NCBI GenBank assembly: GCA_965285935.1
Contig: OZ260661.1
Location: forward strand, 104,780,001 to 104,844,000
Reading direction: 5' to 3'
DNA length: 64,000 nucleotides
DNA from: Ophelia neglecta
Lineage: Eukaryota
Under the pieces are notes generated by a model that saw only the letters and a list, made by a program, of their open reading frames with translations, was not told where the DNA came from and made no database searches. Below, in pieces: positions 27,761 to 40,230 of this stretch. The position numbers and the translations under genes were made by a program. Position 1 is the first letter of the stretch. The number at the start of each line of letters is the position of its first letter.

Positions 27761-30229
27761 GTCAACCGAGAGAATGACCGACACAGTGCAGCCAGGCTAT
27801 TCAATGGCAGCCATCGGAATTCGTATCAAAGGCACGGTAAGAATGCTTTTCGGGCTCATGGTAAATAAAGTAAAACCAACGGGCCCCAGGCTGCCACCTC
27901 ATGAGGCCTTATAAAAAGCCAACTCTGTTCGCGAGGAGGAGAAGGGGGGTGGGGGATGGCAAGCTGACTTTGGCCTGTGTTCCCCTGCTCTGGTTTCTGT
28001 AACTGATTATAAACGGCCAGGCTGGCTGTCAGAGCACGGCTGTCAACTGTCTCTGGAACTCGGCTGCTGCATTTGAACATAATCACGGGGCGGTAATAGG
28101 ATTGATCAAAGAGTAAATGTATGCAAAGGCATAAATGCATTTGACCTCCCAGCCGCAGTAGGCCTATCACTTCCTTATACCACTGTCAACCTTTAAAATA
28201 TCTTTATTATTATTTAAGTGGAGATATATTTTGGCTGTTATGTTTTTAAAATGTTGCTTTTTCCCAGTTCTCTGTAGGCATTCCTGCCAACCCCAATGTA
28301 CTGGCTGCACGATTTGGATTCTCTAATGGTCGAAGGACATGCAGAAATATTATCTTTGTACAGGGAGACTTTTTTCTCTGTCCTTCACCCTTGTTTTCTT
28401 TGTTTCTTAAAGGGCACGACCCCCAGCCAGCCCTCCACACCGCCCCCATCCATCAACCAGAGTCTCCGCCGCAGTTAAAGATGGCCCTTGGGGACTGGGG
28501 AAGGCCCGCCATGCCAGGGCACGGATCTCACAGATATTGCACGATATATTGGCTTGGAGTCGGCCAGATTAACTGGCGAGCGCCTTTGGCATTTTTAGTG
28601 CGTAACTTGTCAAAAGCAAAGACCAAAAGGGATTGAAATGTATTAAGAAAGAAAATTGGTGCATCTTTTATAATGTGAAATGATCTCCTCTAGTATTGGA
28701 TATGGCGAGATGCAATTGTTTCCAAGCGGCGAGCACCAGCGCTCGTGCTGATGATTTGTCTTTTCGTACATGGTTACGTCATAATTATCTCGAAGACAGG
28801 TGTAATAGAAATATCTGTCTGCTTATTTTGCTTGCTGTTTTAGAGGCCTTTGCTTATCATCTGATATATTACCGATATATTTGGCGTGAGGAGAGAGTAG
28901 TTAAATTGTATTACATTGATACTAGATTAGTTTCATTCACCTAGACCTGTTGGGCTTTTGTTGTTGCCCATCCTGATTGTATTGTCACATTTCTTTGCAA
29001 TAAATCACGCAAATACAGGTACTCTTCCCTGCATTGATTTTGATTCAATGACATCCGGTGGATTTCTTCCCATATTCCCTTTGCAAGTCAATAGAGAAGA
29101 ATGGCTTATCGATCTGTATAATGAGCATTCGTATCGCGTCCTTGCTAATGCGTATTGTATTTATCCCGAATGTTCTCCTAGACCCATGGTTCATAATTAA
29201 GCAAGGGTTGGGCATTACTTGGTTCCCTGGAGTAGTCGCTCAGGGATGACGGGGTTTGTGACAACTGCAAGTAAGAGAGCATCATGCAATGTTAAATATA
29301 AAACTACAAATGGCCGAAATGCTGTTTAGATAATATACCATCTGAATTATAAGATCGCATTGTTCATCAATTAAGTAATAGACGATTATAGTACGTAAGA
29401 AATTTATACAGACAATTCAATGTAATTTTCCTACTACAAAGTTTCAATTGATAAATGGTTCTTGTTAAAACAGATAGAAAAATGAAATGGCTGATGCATT
29501 TGGTTATGTTCAACAAAAAAATATGGGACATTGAAATGATCTACGAAATAAGGCTCACCAAGGAAATACAGCCTATCTTGCAACATGTCTATAAGAATGA
29601 GCAATGGCCATTGTGCCAAGTCAAGGATTGAGGTAAACAATTTCTTCAACCGAAAAGAAACTCATTTTTTTCCATCCACCTCCCCTTTTGTCCCCGACCT
29701 TTCTGCTAATCCCCCTACACGTCTATTCCATCACAGAGTCTGGGTGGCTCACTAGCTGTGCCTATAGAATCCAGCTATTGAAAGAAGACGCCTTCCGAAT
29801 GTTTTCATAAATTTGCCTGTATATTCACGGCTTTGATATTTGAAACAGCTCTAACGAGAAGACTAAAACTTTTGAATACCTTTGCGATCTGCGATTTTGG
29901 CAAAGGAAAATATAATTGTCCCCCATTTTCTTTTGCTTGCTTTTATCAATTCAATTTCCTCGTGGCTTGGCGATAGCTTTTGACCTATATTTCGGTTCAA
30001 CCTGTCATGGGCTAAGATTGTTTGACAGTTAACTATACAACAAAGCGTAGACTTTTCTGTCGAGCTCGAGAACCTTTCACATATTGCGCCAAATGGATAC
30101 ATGTATATAAATGTGGTCGAGGCCCGATCGTTGGTGACAACCATTTTTATGTATTTTATTTTATTTTTAATTGATAAATTAAGAAAACGATACTGGCCAT
30201 ACTGGCCCATAGAAGTGCTGCAAAAATCG

Positions 30230-30590
30230 TGAACTTGCCAGTTAAGACCTACATTTTGCACATTTTCGAGGTTCGTTTTATAGCTCACACTCTGATTACT
30301 GGAAATGATCCAGAAAGAGCACTGAGACTTTTTACCCTGAAGAACATACAGTGATATTTTAAATCTGTCTGATATTGAATCAATTTCTACCCGGACGAGA
30401 ATCACTTTGTAAATTCTTTTTTAAAAATTCAATGTATCATGGAGATAGCAAACTGAGTTACTTGTTACCTGAGTTCAGGGCCTTACTCATTGCGCAGCCG
30501 CTTTTCTTTCACTGGCCCATTGTTAAAATAATTAGAGATATAGCAAGAGTTTCGCGCCATATAGCCTTTTTGATTTCCTACGGATAAAGT
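30230..30590 (+). mobile_element. Decayed L2/CR1-group LINE ORF2 3' portion
   Basis: Frameshifted LLEMIQKRALRL.P..YSDILNLSDIESISTR/RESLCKFFFKN..DSKLSYLLP matches the ORF2 C-terminal LExIQKRALRII.P..Y...L...RRxxLCxxFF...LxxLLP pattern. Confidence 0.6.
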
Positions 30591-31104
30591 ACTGTTCTTT
30601 ATCTATCGTCATATTTTCTAGTCATGTACATATCATCAGCAGTAGATGTTGTTTTAAACATGTACCCCATTGTACACTTCAACCACATGAAAGGTTGGAT
30701 TAAGATAAACATATCTGATCTTATCTTTGAAAAAATTGGCGTTAGTACTTCTAATACGAACAAACATCTCCACTGAATCATTTTTATGTGTATAACCAAC
30801 AAAAATAAAACAAGCTTGTGGTTTGATTTACTTTACCTTAAAACACCTTCTTACCTACTAAAAAAACATTCCATGATCACAGTAACATGATACATGTGCC
30901 ATTCTTTGCGATGTAATAATATCATTGTAAAATTACCACCTGGTGCACCATTTCAAAGATTTATAAATCTCGTTAGTATTGATTAGTAGATGGCTGCGTG
31001 TTTATATCCGAGAGCATGCCGTTCTGATCATTGCTGGGGCAACCTCTTTTTTCCCAGATTTCAAATTCAGTTCATATAAAAGGGATTGCCAATATATTAT
31101 CTAA

Positions 31105-31841
31105 GGCCAATTAACGCTTGGCCAACGGAAAATTGGTAGGCGATGCCAGGCTAGGGTAAAAAATGGTTGACGATGGCGAAAAAGTCTGTCTGTGATAGGC
31201 GATGGCATAAGATGGTAGGCGGTGGTAAAAGTAGTAGGCGGTGGTAGGCAGTGATAAAAAATGGAAGGCGGTGGTAGGCGAAGGCAAAAAACGTTAGGCG
31301 GTGGTCGGTGATGGTAAAAGAAATGGGCGCTGGTAGGCGATGGTAAAACCTGGTAGGTGGTGGTAAAAATGGTAGGCGATGGTAGACGATGGTAAAACCT
31401 GTTAGGCGGTGGTAAAAATGGTAGGCGATGGTAGACGATGGTAAAACCTGGTAGGCGGTGGTAAAAATGGGAGGCGGTGGTAGGCGTAGGCAAAAAACGT
31501 TAGGCGGTGGTCGGTGATGGTAAAAGGAATGGGCGCTGGTATAGGCGCTGGTAAAACCTGGTAGGCGCTGGTAAAAATGGTAGGCGGTGGTGGGCGATGG
31601 TAAAACCTGGTAGGCGGTGGTAAAAATGGTAGGCGGTGGTAGGCGATGGTAACACCTGGTAGGCGGTGCTAAAAATGGTAGTAGGTGGTAGGCGATGGTA
31701 ACACCTGGTAGGCGGTGCTAAAAATGGTAGTAGGTGGTAGGCGATGGTGAAAATGATAGGCGATAGTAACAAATGTAAGGCAGTGGTAGGCGATGTGAAA
31801 TGTGGTTATAATTATGACGGTGGTCCAAGAGTCAGATGGCC
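31105..31841. mobile_element. MITE-like DNA element with imperfect TIRs enclosing a G-rich minisatellite
   Basis: Left end TAA|GGCCAATTAACGCTTGGCCAACG versus reverse complement of right end TAA|GGCCATCTGACTCTTGGACCACCG. Flanked by TAA and TTA (PIF/Harbinger- or Kolobok-like). Confidence 0.55.
31133..31800. repeat. Hierarchical GGTAGGCG(A/G)T / GGTAAAA minisatellite
   Basis: Dozens of 8-10-bp subunits (GGTAGGCGGT, GGTAGGCGAT, GGTAAAACCT, GGTAAAAAT). A higher-order block starting GGCAAAAAACGTTAGGCGGTGGTCGGTGATGG recurs at about 31283 and 31489. Confidence 0.95.
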
Positions 31842-33631
31842 TTATCCAGTATATATTACGGTAACAACAGTAACTATAAAGTTGTAAACTAACGTTCTTG
31901 CACAACATGAAAATAATCAAGGCCTATCATGTGGATCCCAAATAGGATGGAAAGTCAATGGTTGCAAGCTCTTTTGTAGAATAGTGTTATTGCTTAATTA
32001 TCTAAGGGTGTGAAGAGTTGGAAAGGTGATCGTCGTTCGTACCAATGTAATTCCATAAACCCGACAGAACAGTTTGGTAGGATTGACTTCTGTGAACTGA
32101 TTTAAAATCATAATTAGGGATAAGAAGGTGGAAGGTATCAGCCTGGCTGATACCATAATAAAGCTGATCAGTTGAGTTGAACTTACACATATCAAATACC
32201 AGGCTAGGAAGTCAACTATTGAGAACACTGTACAGCACGGTTTGAAGACTAATAATCTATGTATGCCTATACTAAGCAAGGGCAATATGCGAAGAATAAC
32301 TTGAGTAAGGATAGATTAATGGTACAATAATTATAATGTAATGAGAGTTTCCAAAGAATGTTCGAGCCCTGGAAATTACCTACAAGCTTCTATAAAAGCT
32401 GGTGGAAAAAAACAGAAAAACAACAAAAACAAATAGGTTTTAATGTGAATACCAAAATGGCTCAAATCAGATTTAGGTGTGTTTTGAAAGTTCCTCATAG
32501 AATCCGACGACACCGTTATTTAACAAGCACATAGTTTAAAACGTAATCCAAAGAGGCATATAATGTGATACAACATTTTATGGAGAGCAATTATATCTAT
32601 CAAGCCTCCTTTAAAATGACTGTCATGGGAATTGGGAATAGGTCCATTAGGTCTTAAATGTACGTATAACTAAGACAGAAGAGAAAAATCTTCATCCAAT
32701 ACCTGACAGGCAGTTTTATGTATATTCAATAAAAATAGTTTCGCCCGGTCTTCCGCGATCTATGTCATTAAGATTTGGAAGCAGGGCCTAAGTTATAGAT
32801 TATGTATATACTGATACCATAACGTGGGTCTACTGATATAGGATCAATATTTAGATTGCCTAAGTAAAATTATTTAATACCTGTCAAGATTGTCATAACG
32901 GCCTGTGCAAACTCTATTTGTTCGCTATGAAGTTTTGCATAAGCGTATAATGGCATGCATCATCCAGATGACATTTCGAGGGGCCAAATAATCAATCCGA
33001 TTTTAGATGGATAGACTTATTTAGGCTACATTGTTTGCCGGATTATTGCAAGCCAAACGACGATCAATTGTCAAATGCTGCAGGTCCGTCCTTTGTGTAA
33101 GGGTAATACTTTAAGAGGAGCTTGTCATCATTATATGCGATCAACTATAGCCGTTTTAATCAAAGCTTTCATCCGCTAAACCACCATAATAATCTCTATC
33201 CATTATTGATTTTCTTAGGCAATCCTGGTTATTAGTTTTACCGTACGGAGTATTTGTTCATACATGTGTTCTGTATTGACCTTTTTGTGAGGTTGGCATA
33301 AATGGGTCGTGTATTAGGAAATTGTAATTTACGATTAGTGAGACGTTTACGAGGACAAAATGAGTTCATAATGAAAAACAGCCGCCATTTGCAACAAAGC
33401 GCTAGAGGTTGGTTGTGGAGTGTCGATCTGGCACATACATGATTAATAGCGGCGGAGGGGGACACCGGTGTGGAGGAGCTTAACACGCCCGAATAGCAAT
33501 GTAAAATTCATGAAATGCGCGGATGTAATCATCCCCCGTCCAAATGAAGGTAGCACTGTGAGTGTACCTTAAGAGGGAGAGCCCACTGCCTTCCTCGGGA
33601 GCAGACCGTGAGATGACATGCCGCTGTACAG

Positions 33632-33637
33632 TCAGTC
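33632..33637 (+). promoter_or_regulatory. Candidate Initiator (TCAGTC) / TSS of a + strand gene
   Basis: TCAGTC lies 47 bp upstream of an ATG and about 110 bp upstream of a perfect AG|GTAAGT donor. Confidence 0.3.
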
Positions 33638-33678
33638 TCTTTATAGCTAGAGTTTTGACCACTGGCAATCTCAAATTG

Positions 33679-33743
33679 ATGGTGAACAGATTTATAGATC
33701 ATCATTGGATATTTGTGACCGCCTGGTGTGTTGCCTATTTTAG
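33679..33743 (+). CDS. Candidate first coding exon (signal-peptide-like)
   Basis: MVNRFIDHHWIFVTAWCVAYF followed by a consensus AG|GTAAGT donor (phase 2). Linkage to the 49-52 kb gene is unproven. Confidence 0.3.
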
Positions 33744-33787
33744 GTAAGTCCATTTTCCCCCATCACCATGACATGACTTCGGCATAC

Positions 33788-33789
<2 letters not shown>

Positions 33790-33871
<82 letters not shown>
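33790..33871. repeat. Perfect (GA)41 microsatellite
   Basis: Uninterrupted GA run. Confidence 0.98.
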
Positions 33872-33874
<3 letters not shown>

Positions 33875-35471
33875 CGACCCATATCCAGGCTTATTTGCAT
33901 CATGGATTCAATTTAAGATACCGATATTTTAGAGATTGGTCTACGCCAACATTAAGTATCATATCTTTTTCAAAGAGTAAAATTCATGATTGCGAAATGA
34001 TAATCAAAGATGAATGAACAAATATATTGTCACTCAGCTGGAAAATCAATATGCGAATTTGAATGCAGCATGTGTTATTTAATTGTCCCAAAACGCTCAA
34101 CAATATTTCATATAAGATTGAGTAATCAATGTTTCAACTTCCAAGACGTCATTCGCTATGGATTTGAGACATTGCTGGAATGATAAATATGATCTTAGGT
34201 AATGAATGTTTTGTTTGACTGTTTTGACATCATTAGAAAAAGCAACAGCTTCTGTGGATTTGTGATCCCATAAAAACTCCGAACACAGATCGAGATTGGG
34301 GCATTTAGAGCTGCGCTTGAGCAAGTCCTCAAGCAACTAGTCCCTTGCCTTGGAACGGAATTGACGCCTATTCGGCACATATTATGCTTATTTTGTGTAA
34401 CGGGCAATTATTTCACGGCGGTTCCGAGGAAACAGATGGCCTTTCCCACAGTACACGAGCAATGGGCCTGCTTACAAGCTTCTTGTTGGCTTATTTGAAC
34501 AAGGGCGTAACACAAAATTGCAGTCTGTCGTTCATAATGAATATAGGCTGGCTGCAAAATTGTTGCCAGTTTCATTAACCTCTTTGTTATTCTCCTGACT
34601 GCCTGGCGTTATCCATGCATACATCTTGCTTGAGACGCTACTTCGGGGAAAACGTCGTGGAAATTGGAGGTATAAAAGTATCTAGGGGTATTTTAGGGGA
34701 GCATGATTATTTCCGGAACGATCCATGCAATTTTCAGATATGTGGAAGATGCCTTTAACACTTATTATGCAAGGGCTATGAGCAATCAACGGCATACGTT
34801 TACCCGCCTGGGCAATGTACCATCAATGGTGTCATTTGCATATGAAAGAATCTCTCCATCCGGAGAATTCAGCATTTCTATGAAAATTCTCCGAGGACTT
34901 GTTTTCTAGTGCGCTGAGCGTATTTACGTTGAATAAACTCATTGGAGTTCTCATCGGTCAAGAGACCCTCCCATGGTCATCAGTCGGTGTGTTTGTCTAT
35001 CTCTGTGTATGGTGAAAACAAGAATAATGAAAAAGACCCCTTCAATTGGTTTGGATTGGTTGGCAGGCTCTTAAGTTGTATGCATAACCCTATATAAATA
35101 TAATAACTTATATGTTCGCGATGTAATTCAAACCCTCCGAATAGCTATTGCGAGCACAACACTGGCTTACAATAATAATCATAGGTTAATGGTTGATGGT
35201 AATCGAATGTCAATCATTCATCCCTCAACTAGATTGAGCATAAGCCCGCGGGCACCATTAAGAACTGTTTTGGGGGTATAGTTTTTATATCGGGTGATAG
35301 ACCTAGGCCTATTTGACCATAGGGAGCTGTTTGTGTCGATTTCAGGCGATAAATCTGTTTTAGGGTAGGCCTATAGAGTCAAGGTCAAGTGATAGGCCTA
35401 CACCAATATGACCAGCTAGATGTACGAATTGCCAGTCCGGGCGTATACTCAAACCATGCATTCATAATTCG

Positions 35472-35530
35472 CCCGGGGGGGGGGGGGGGGGGGGGGTACT
35501 CCTATCTTTTCCAAAACCCGTTCTATAAAA
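35472..35530 (+). mobile_element. Terminus of a CCCG(n)TACTC-type non-autonomous DNA element
   Basis: CCC + G22 + TACTC, a terminal motif common in marine-invertebrate MITEs. The partner end was not found. Confidence 0.3.
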
Positions 35531-37250
35531 GTATAAAATGAACTCATACAGAGAGAATTTTCCTTGCGCCATATTTGCGTTGAAATGACTGCTGGCTTGG
35601 ATGATGTACTAATAGACCTGCCATGTGTCCTATAATGAACGTTCCTCTTGAGTTAAGGACCACTGAATGTTTGTATATTTCCTGATTTCTGATATCAGCG
35701 AATTCCATCATTTGGCATGGACAGGGACAAAAATAATGGAACACACTGAATAGTTTTGGTATAGGCCAAACAGCTTAAATATGCACTAGCCTTAAACATT
35801 TTTGACAGTTTTACATGATTGGTATTTTTGGAACAGTACAACGTGTCCCAGAAAATGCGTTTCCCTATTTTAAACTACTAAAAAGATACTCGGAAACAAA
35901 TGTTACTATCGCAGAACACACCGAGAGTAAACAAACTGGCATTCCTATCAAAGAATGTAATAACTTAGCCAGTATCATTCCAGCGTACGGGCCCAGTACA
36001 CCTGACACTTTACTAAATTATAAGACATGACTAAGCTCATTTCCACTGCATTTCAAGTGAAAATAAGGCTAATTTCTTCCAGCACACTAGCTCTGATAAT
36101 TCACAAACCTTGGTGTTACCACGTATAGCCGTCAGTTGCTCTTGTCCTGTATGAAGTCCCATTGTTTCCTGTGCTCATTGGTGGTTGTCTTTCCTCAAAC
36201 TGGCTTTAATGTAGAAAGGTAGTTTTGCCTTAGTCTTATCATACTACTTTGAAGAATATATTCGATATTTATCTCCGGGATACTGGGATCCCTGCCTTTG
36301 CACTTTCCTCACACTTTCCCCAGCTTTAACTATATATAAGCTATATAATGTAGACCCATTTGTGTGCATGGCCTTGTCCTTAATTATGATGTTACTGTCC
36401 ATAGCCAACACATTAACTGTAATATTGATATCAGCATATGGGTAGTGAAGACGAGTCTGATCCGGGCTGCATGGCTGCTAGTGTGTAGCCATTGTGCTTC
36501 CCTCCTCGCCATTATCCGATCCATTTCCCAGTACATCCGTCTTAATTTACTATTGAGTTTTGGCACAAAAATTGTTGCTTTTTATGTGCGAATAGCGGCT
36601 TTATTACAAAAAGCACCATAATTACACGTATATACTCCTTCGGGAAATGTAGACTGGAGGCGGGGATGCACAAAACACATACATGTATTTGTAGCACACG
36701 TCAACAAACGGAGGATCATGTTATTTTTTAGCTTGGTACGAGAACTGTAAGGAAGGTTTTTCGGAAGCGAATGCTGCCCGCAGGCCTGGTCTTCCCTCAA
36801 TGTGGTTCAGTTTTCTAGTCCTATGTTGGGACATCTGTCTACATGGGCGTGGAATGTCAATATTGATGCGACATTTATGTTTCCTGCAATGTCACAAACT
36901 GACGTTAGATCTATAGGCGACCGTTAGGAATTTTGCATTTCATGATTGTATTTATATTTCTCTGGCGGGCGAAGCCTGGCTTTCTTCTCATATAAATGCA
37001 TGTCTCTGGGTACCCTCACGTCTACCTACAGCTTCATAAGCTTCGTTCGAGGTTGAGCAGTTTTTATTTATTTTTTGTTTTATTATCATTTTAATTGCTA
37101 TTATTAATACTATCAATATAATTATAGATTCATTGCAATCGAGGCAGAAGATATATCTTTTCTCTTTATAGGCTTGGCCATGTAGGCCTATTTAAACTTA
37201 CAACGAAAATCCAAACCCACAATTTCAATTTTTGTATTGAAAATTCAAAG

Positions 37251-37410
37251 GTATTTGTTGACTTGGCTGGGACCCGCACCCGCAACCCGCGCGGGACCAC
37301 ACACTCAACAGCGCTCTTGTAGCACAATGGATCGAGTCGCTGATATCGCTGGGCTAGGTGGTGGTACCGCAAGGATTGTGGGTTCGGGACCCAGCCAAAT
37401 CAACAAACAC
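37251..37410. repeat. 160-bp imperfect palindrome with tRNA/SINE-like A and B boxes
   Basis: Arm 37254-37300 matches the reverse complement of 37361-37407 at 39/47 positions. A-box-like TAGCACAATGG at 37320; B-box-like GGTTCGGGACCC at 37381. Confidence 0.75.
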
Positions 37411-37540
37411 ATCGGAATTATTAAAATTATTAAACTCCACACAGTGCACCTCAGTAATGAATAAGGATACTTATTCAGTCACATTTCACAAGGCATACAT
37501 ATTAAGGCAAGCAGAACTCATTTACTCTACAGAATTGGAG

Positions 37541-37660
37541 AAAACAAGACATGTGACCATAGGACACGGATACCCCGTACCGTCTTTTTAATAAATTAGA
37601 TTTTTAAATCCTAAAAATGGACAGGGGTATATTTAGTGGTCTATGGGGCCATAGACAACC
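37541..37660 (-). mobile_element. HINE/Helentron-like terminus fragment
   Basis: Minus strand ends ...GGGGTATCCGTGTCCTATGGTCACATGTCTTGTTTT, the same hairpin + TCTTGTTT layout as 470-488. Confidence 0.4.
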
Positions 37661-38029
37661 TAATGTTTTGGTCTACTCGTTTCTTAATAAACCAAGCCAT
37701 AACGCCTCTGTTGTTTTCTTTATTTATTATAAGCCTCGAAAACTGCTTAAACCTTTTATGACTGTCTAAGAATCTCTGTGTGGAGTCAATGTCCCTATCT
37801 GCGCCAGATCATCTGCATACTAACATTTTTCTGCTCTTTTCGCACAATGTTTTTGCCGACTATGTTGATGTCCTGCTTGAAGCAGGAGGTCTACATTTCT
37901 GTCACTAATATAAATAAATAAGGAGACAGGGTTCCCATGCCTTACTCCCCTACCCAATGAAACATATTCAGAGGTATCTTATTATCCGGTAGCCAATATG
38001 TGAATCTTATTTTGCTGAAATCATTTACA

Positions 38030-38460
38030 TTTTTCTTGACTTTGGTGCCCTATACCATGGAAATCAATATTATGGCCGATGCCAAGATAGTACCCCAGAA
38101 CAGTTTTTTTTATTTGCATAAATCCAATTAAAATGGCAGCCATATTTCATGGGCTGGTGAGGCATTGGTTTTGTATCATGAAAAAAGGGAATACTCGGTT
38201 AAGTAGAAAAACAGCAAATTACATAGTATAATTTTCAATCTCATTGACTTGAATCAATTTGCATCAATACAAAATGGCCACCAATTTTAAGGCAAAATAG
38301 CTTTAATGGTATTTTCGCACACTGAATGTAGAAAAACTATAACTGAAATGTTTTATAATCAGATAGTATAGAAGAATAATGCCTTTGAGCATGCCCACAT
38401 TTAATTGACTGAGCTTTATGTACCCATAAATCTAAAATGATCAAAAATGGTTCAATGTTG
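38030..38460. mobile_element. Degenerate non-autonomous DNA-element body with repeats spaced about 145 bp apart
   Basis: ATTTGCAT...AAAATGGC motif at about 38112 and 38257, with a weaker third copy at about 38425. Confidence 0.3.
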
Positions 38461-39249
38461 GCATGCGCAGTAGAGGGATAATAATACTTACAAAGTCCTA
38501 CAAATATATTGAGACTATTAAAAGAAATAAATTACGCCACATATAAAAAATAATATTTACATCGTGGTCGGCTCATCCGACATAATAGTAATAATGGGAT
38601 AACAATGGCTAATCTGACCTTGACTAAATGTAACTACTGTGTCTTGTTTTTCTGCGGTTTATGTCTACTTTTAATGGAAGTGTCACATGATAAACATCTC
38701 GGCAATAGAAATAGTGTCCAAATATAAACTTAGCAAAACTGGCGTAAAAAGCTTGTAGACGAATTGTATTGTATAAAATAAAAGCTTTGGGCCTAATTTA
38801 CGTGGCAGGATTGAAGCCTTCAGGTCTATAGGGTTTCTAGTCCAATAAACAACCACTTTCACCTTGGGAGATACCTTACTTGTTTATATTTGAAAGCAAG
38901 AGACTTATTCTCTTCGCTATTGACTGAAGTATATCCCAATGAATTGGTGACTCTCTTTAAATGGATTTTCTTTAGCAGAATCTTTGTGTTACCGAAGATT
39001 ATTATTTTAAAGTGCAAAATATCTAGTAAACATTCGATTATGATTAAAAGACCAAATTGAAAAACATATCTCTTGACATTTCAAAAATGAATTCATATAG
39101 CGCCCCATATTCCCACGTGAATGTAGGCCTAGGCCTATTGATATTAACCCACTCTCTCGTGACCAGTTTATAATATATATTAACTGTCCTCCAGAATGAC
39201 AAAGAAATAATTTATTTGCTGGTGCACATAGATCTTGGATACTAACTTT

Positions 39250-39510
39250 TTATCTGAAACTGTCTTGTATATTCGAGACATGTCCACTGCCACTCGAAAA
39301 ACGTAACTCGAAACAAGTAAATTGCAAGCAAATCTCGATCTATTTATGTTCTTGCGGCATGTTCTAGAACTGGCTAAATTTGTAAAAGGCTCCGGCGAGT
39401 CGATACTGACAAGTTGATGGAGTAGTGCCGGTGTAGCATGACTACTGATGAAGTCGGTTGCTCAGCGGGTTAAATTGGCGGTCGATCGCGAATCATGGTC
39501 CGCTGTCTTT
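39250..39510 (+). mobile_element. Decayed RTE LINE 3' end
   Basis: LVYSRHV (cf. LxYFGHVxR), followed by AQRVKLAVDRESWSAV (cf. RTE terminal AxDRxxWR). Confidence 0.4.
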
Positions 39511-39849
39511 ATGACCTCAATGAAGGCTCAGTGATGAACGCCTTTGTCTGCAAGGTGACAGGGTTCATCTTCTAGTCGATGTACAACACCGCAAATAGGC
39601 GATTTAAAGTATTCTGCTTGATTATGTTCTTCGTTTATATCCGAGTCAAAGACAAACAATTAGAGGAACAATCGTGCGCAACGGCCTATGTATTATTTTG
39701 GACTGAGGGAGTTATTGGTTGGTAATCAAGTACATTAATCGTGCCTAGACGAATATATGAAGCTAATGACCAAGTAAAGCCATTGCCCCAATATTGGTCT
39801 TTGTTGAAAACCCCATTTGAAGTAGCACAGCCTTACAATCATCAAACAT

Positions 39850-40230
39850 TAGGAGTCCAGTTTCCATACGAGGGCAAGTTACTTGAGCCATGGCAGTTCG
39901 GCTTAACGTAGTGTAATTCCTACCCTGTACATTATTTCCATAGTTAGCGGTCTATTTAGGGTACAGTCGGGTATATAATCTCGTGCATTGTTTAGATCGG
40001 CCTTAAAAGAAAAGCCTGGCTTATTCCAAGCAAAACGTGTTCGGTCTATATAATGTAACAGTACAAGCGACAGATTTGACTCAGAATGTGACAAGAGCAC
40101 CAACCAGTCTGAGCCAAAATGATCAAATGAATTATAATGAAAAGGGATGGGTAAATCACTGAGATTGCCCAGCATGCTTCGCAAAGGGAGCAGGTCGGTT
40201 CGGAGAATCAGGCACACACCAATACACATA
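39850..40230 (-). mobile_element. Decayed LINE endonuclease
   Basis: GVCLILRTDL (cf. GGVCxYxRxDL), frameshifted VTLYRPN (cf. YRPP), FKADLN (cf. GDFN). Confidence 0.35.

Noticed and set aside
29863-30405. 180-aa minus-strand ORF
   Set aside because: No domain features; partly antisense to a decayed L2/CR1 on the + strand.
31101-31920. Pro/His/Thr-rich minus-strand ORFs
   Set aside because: They are translations of the minisatellite, with no splice or start context.
37313-37410. Functional tRNA gene
   Set aside because: No clean cloverleaf or anticodon arm and an imperfect B box; treated as a SINE-like palindrome.
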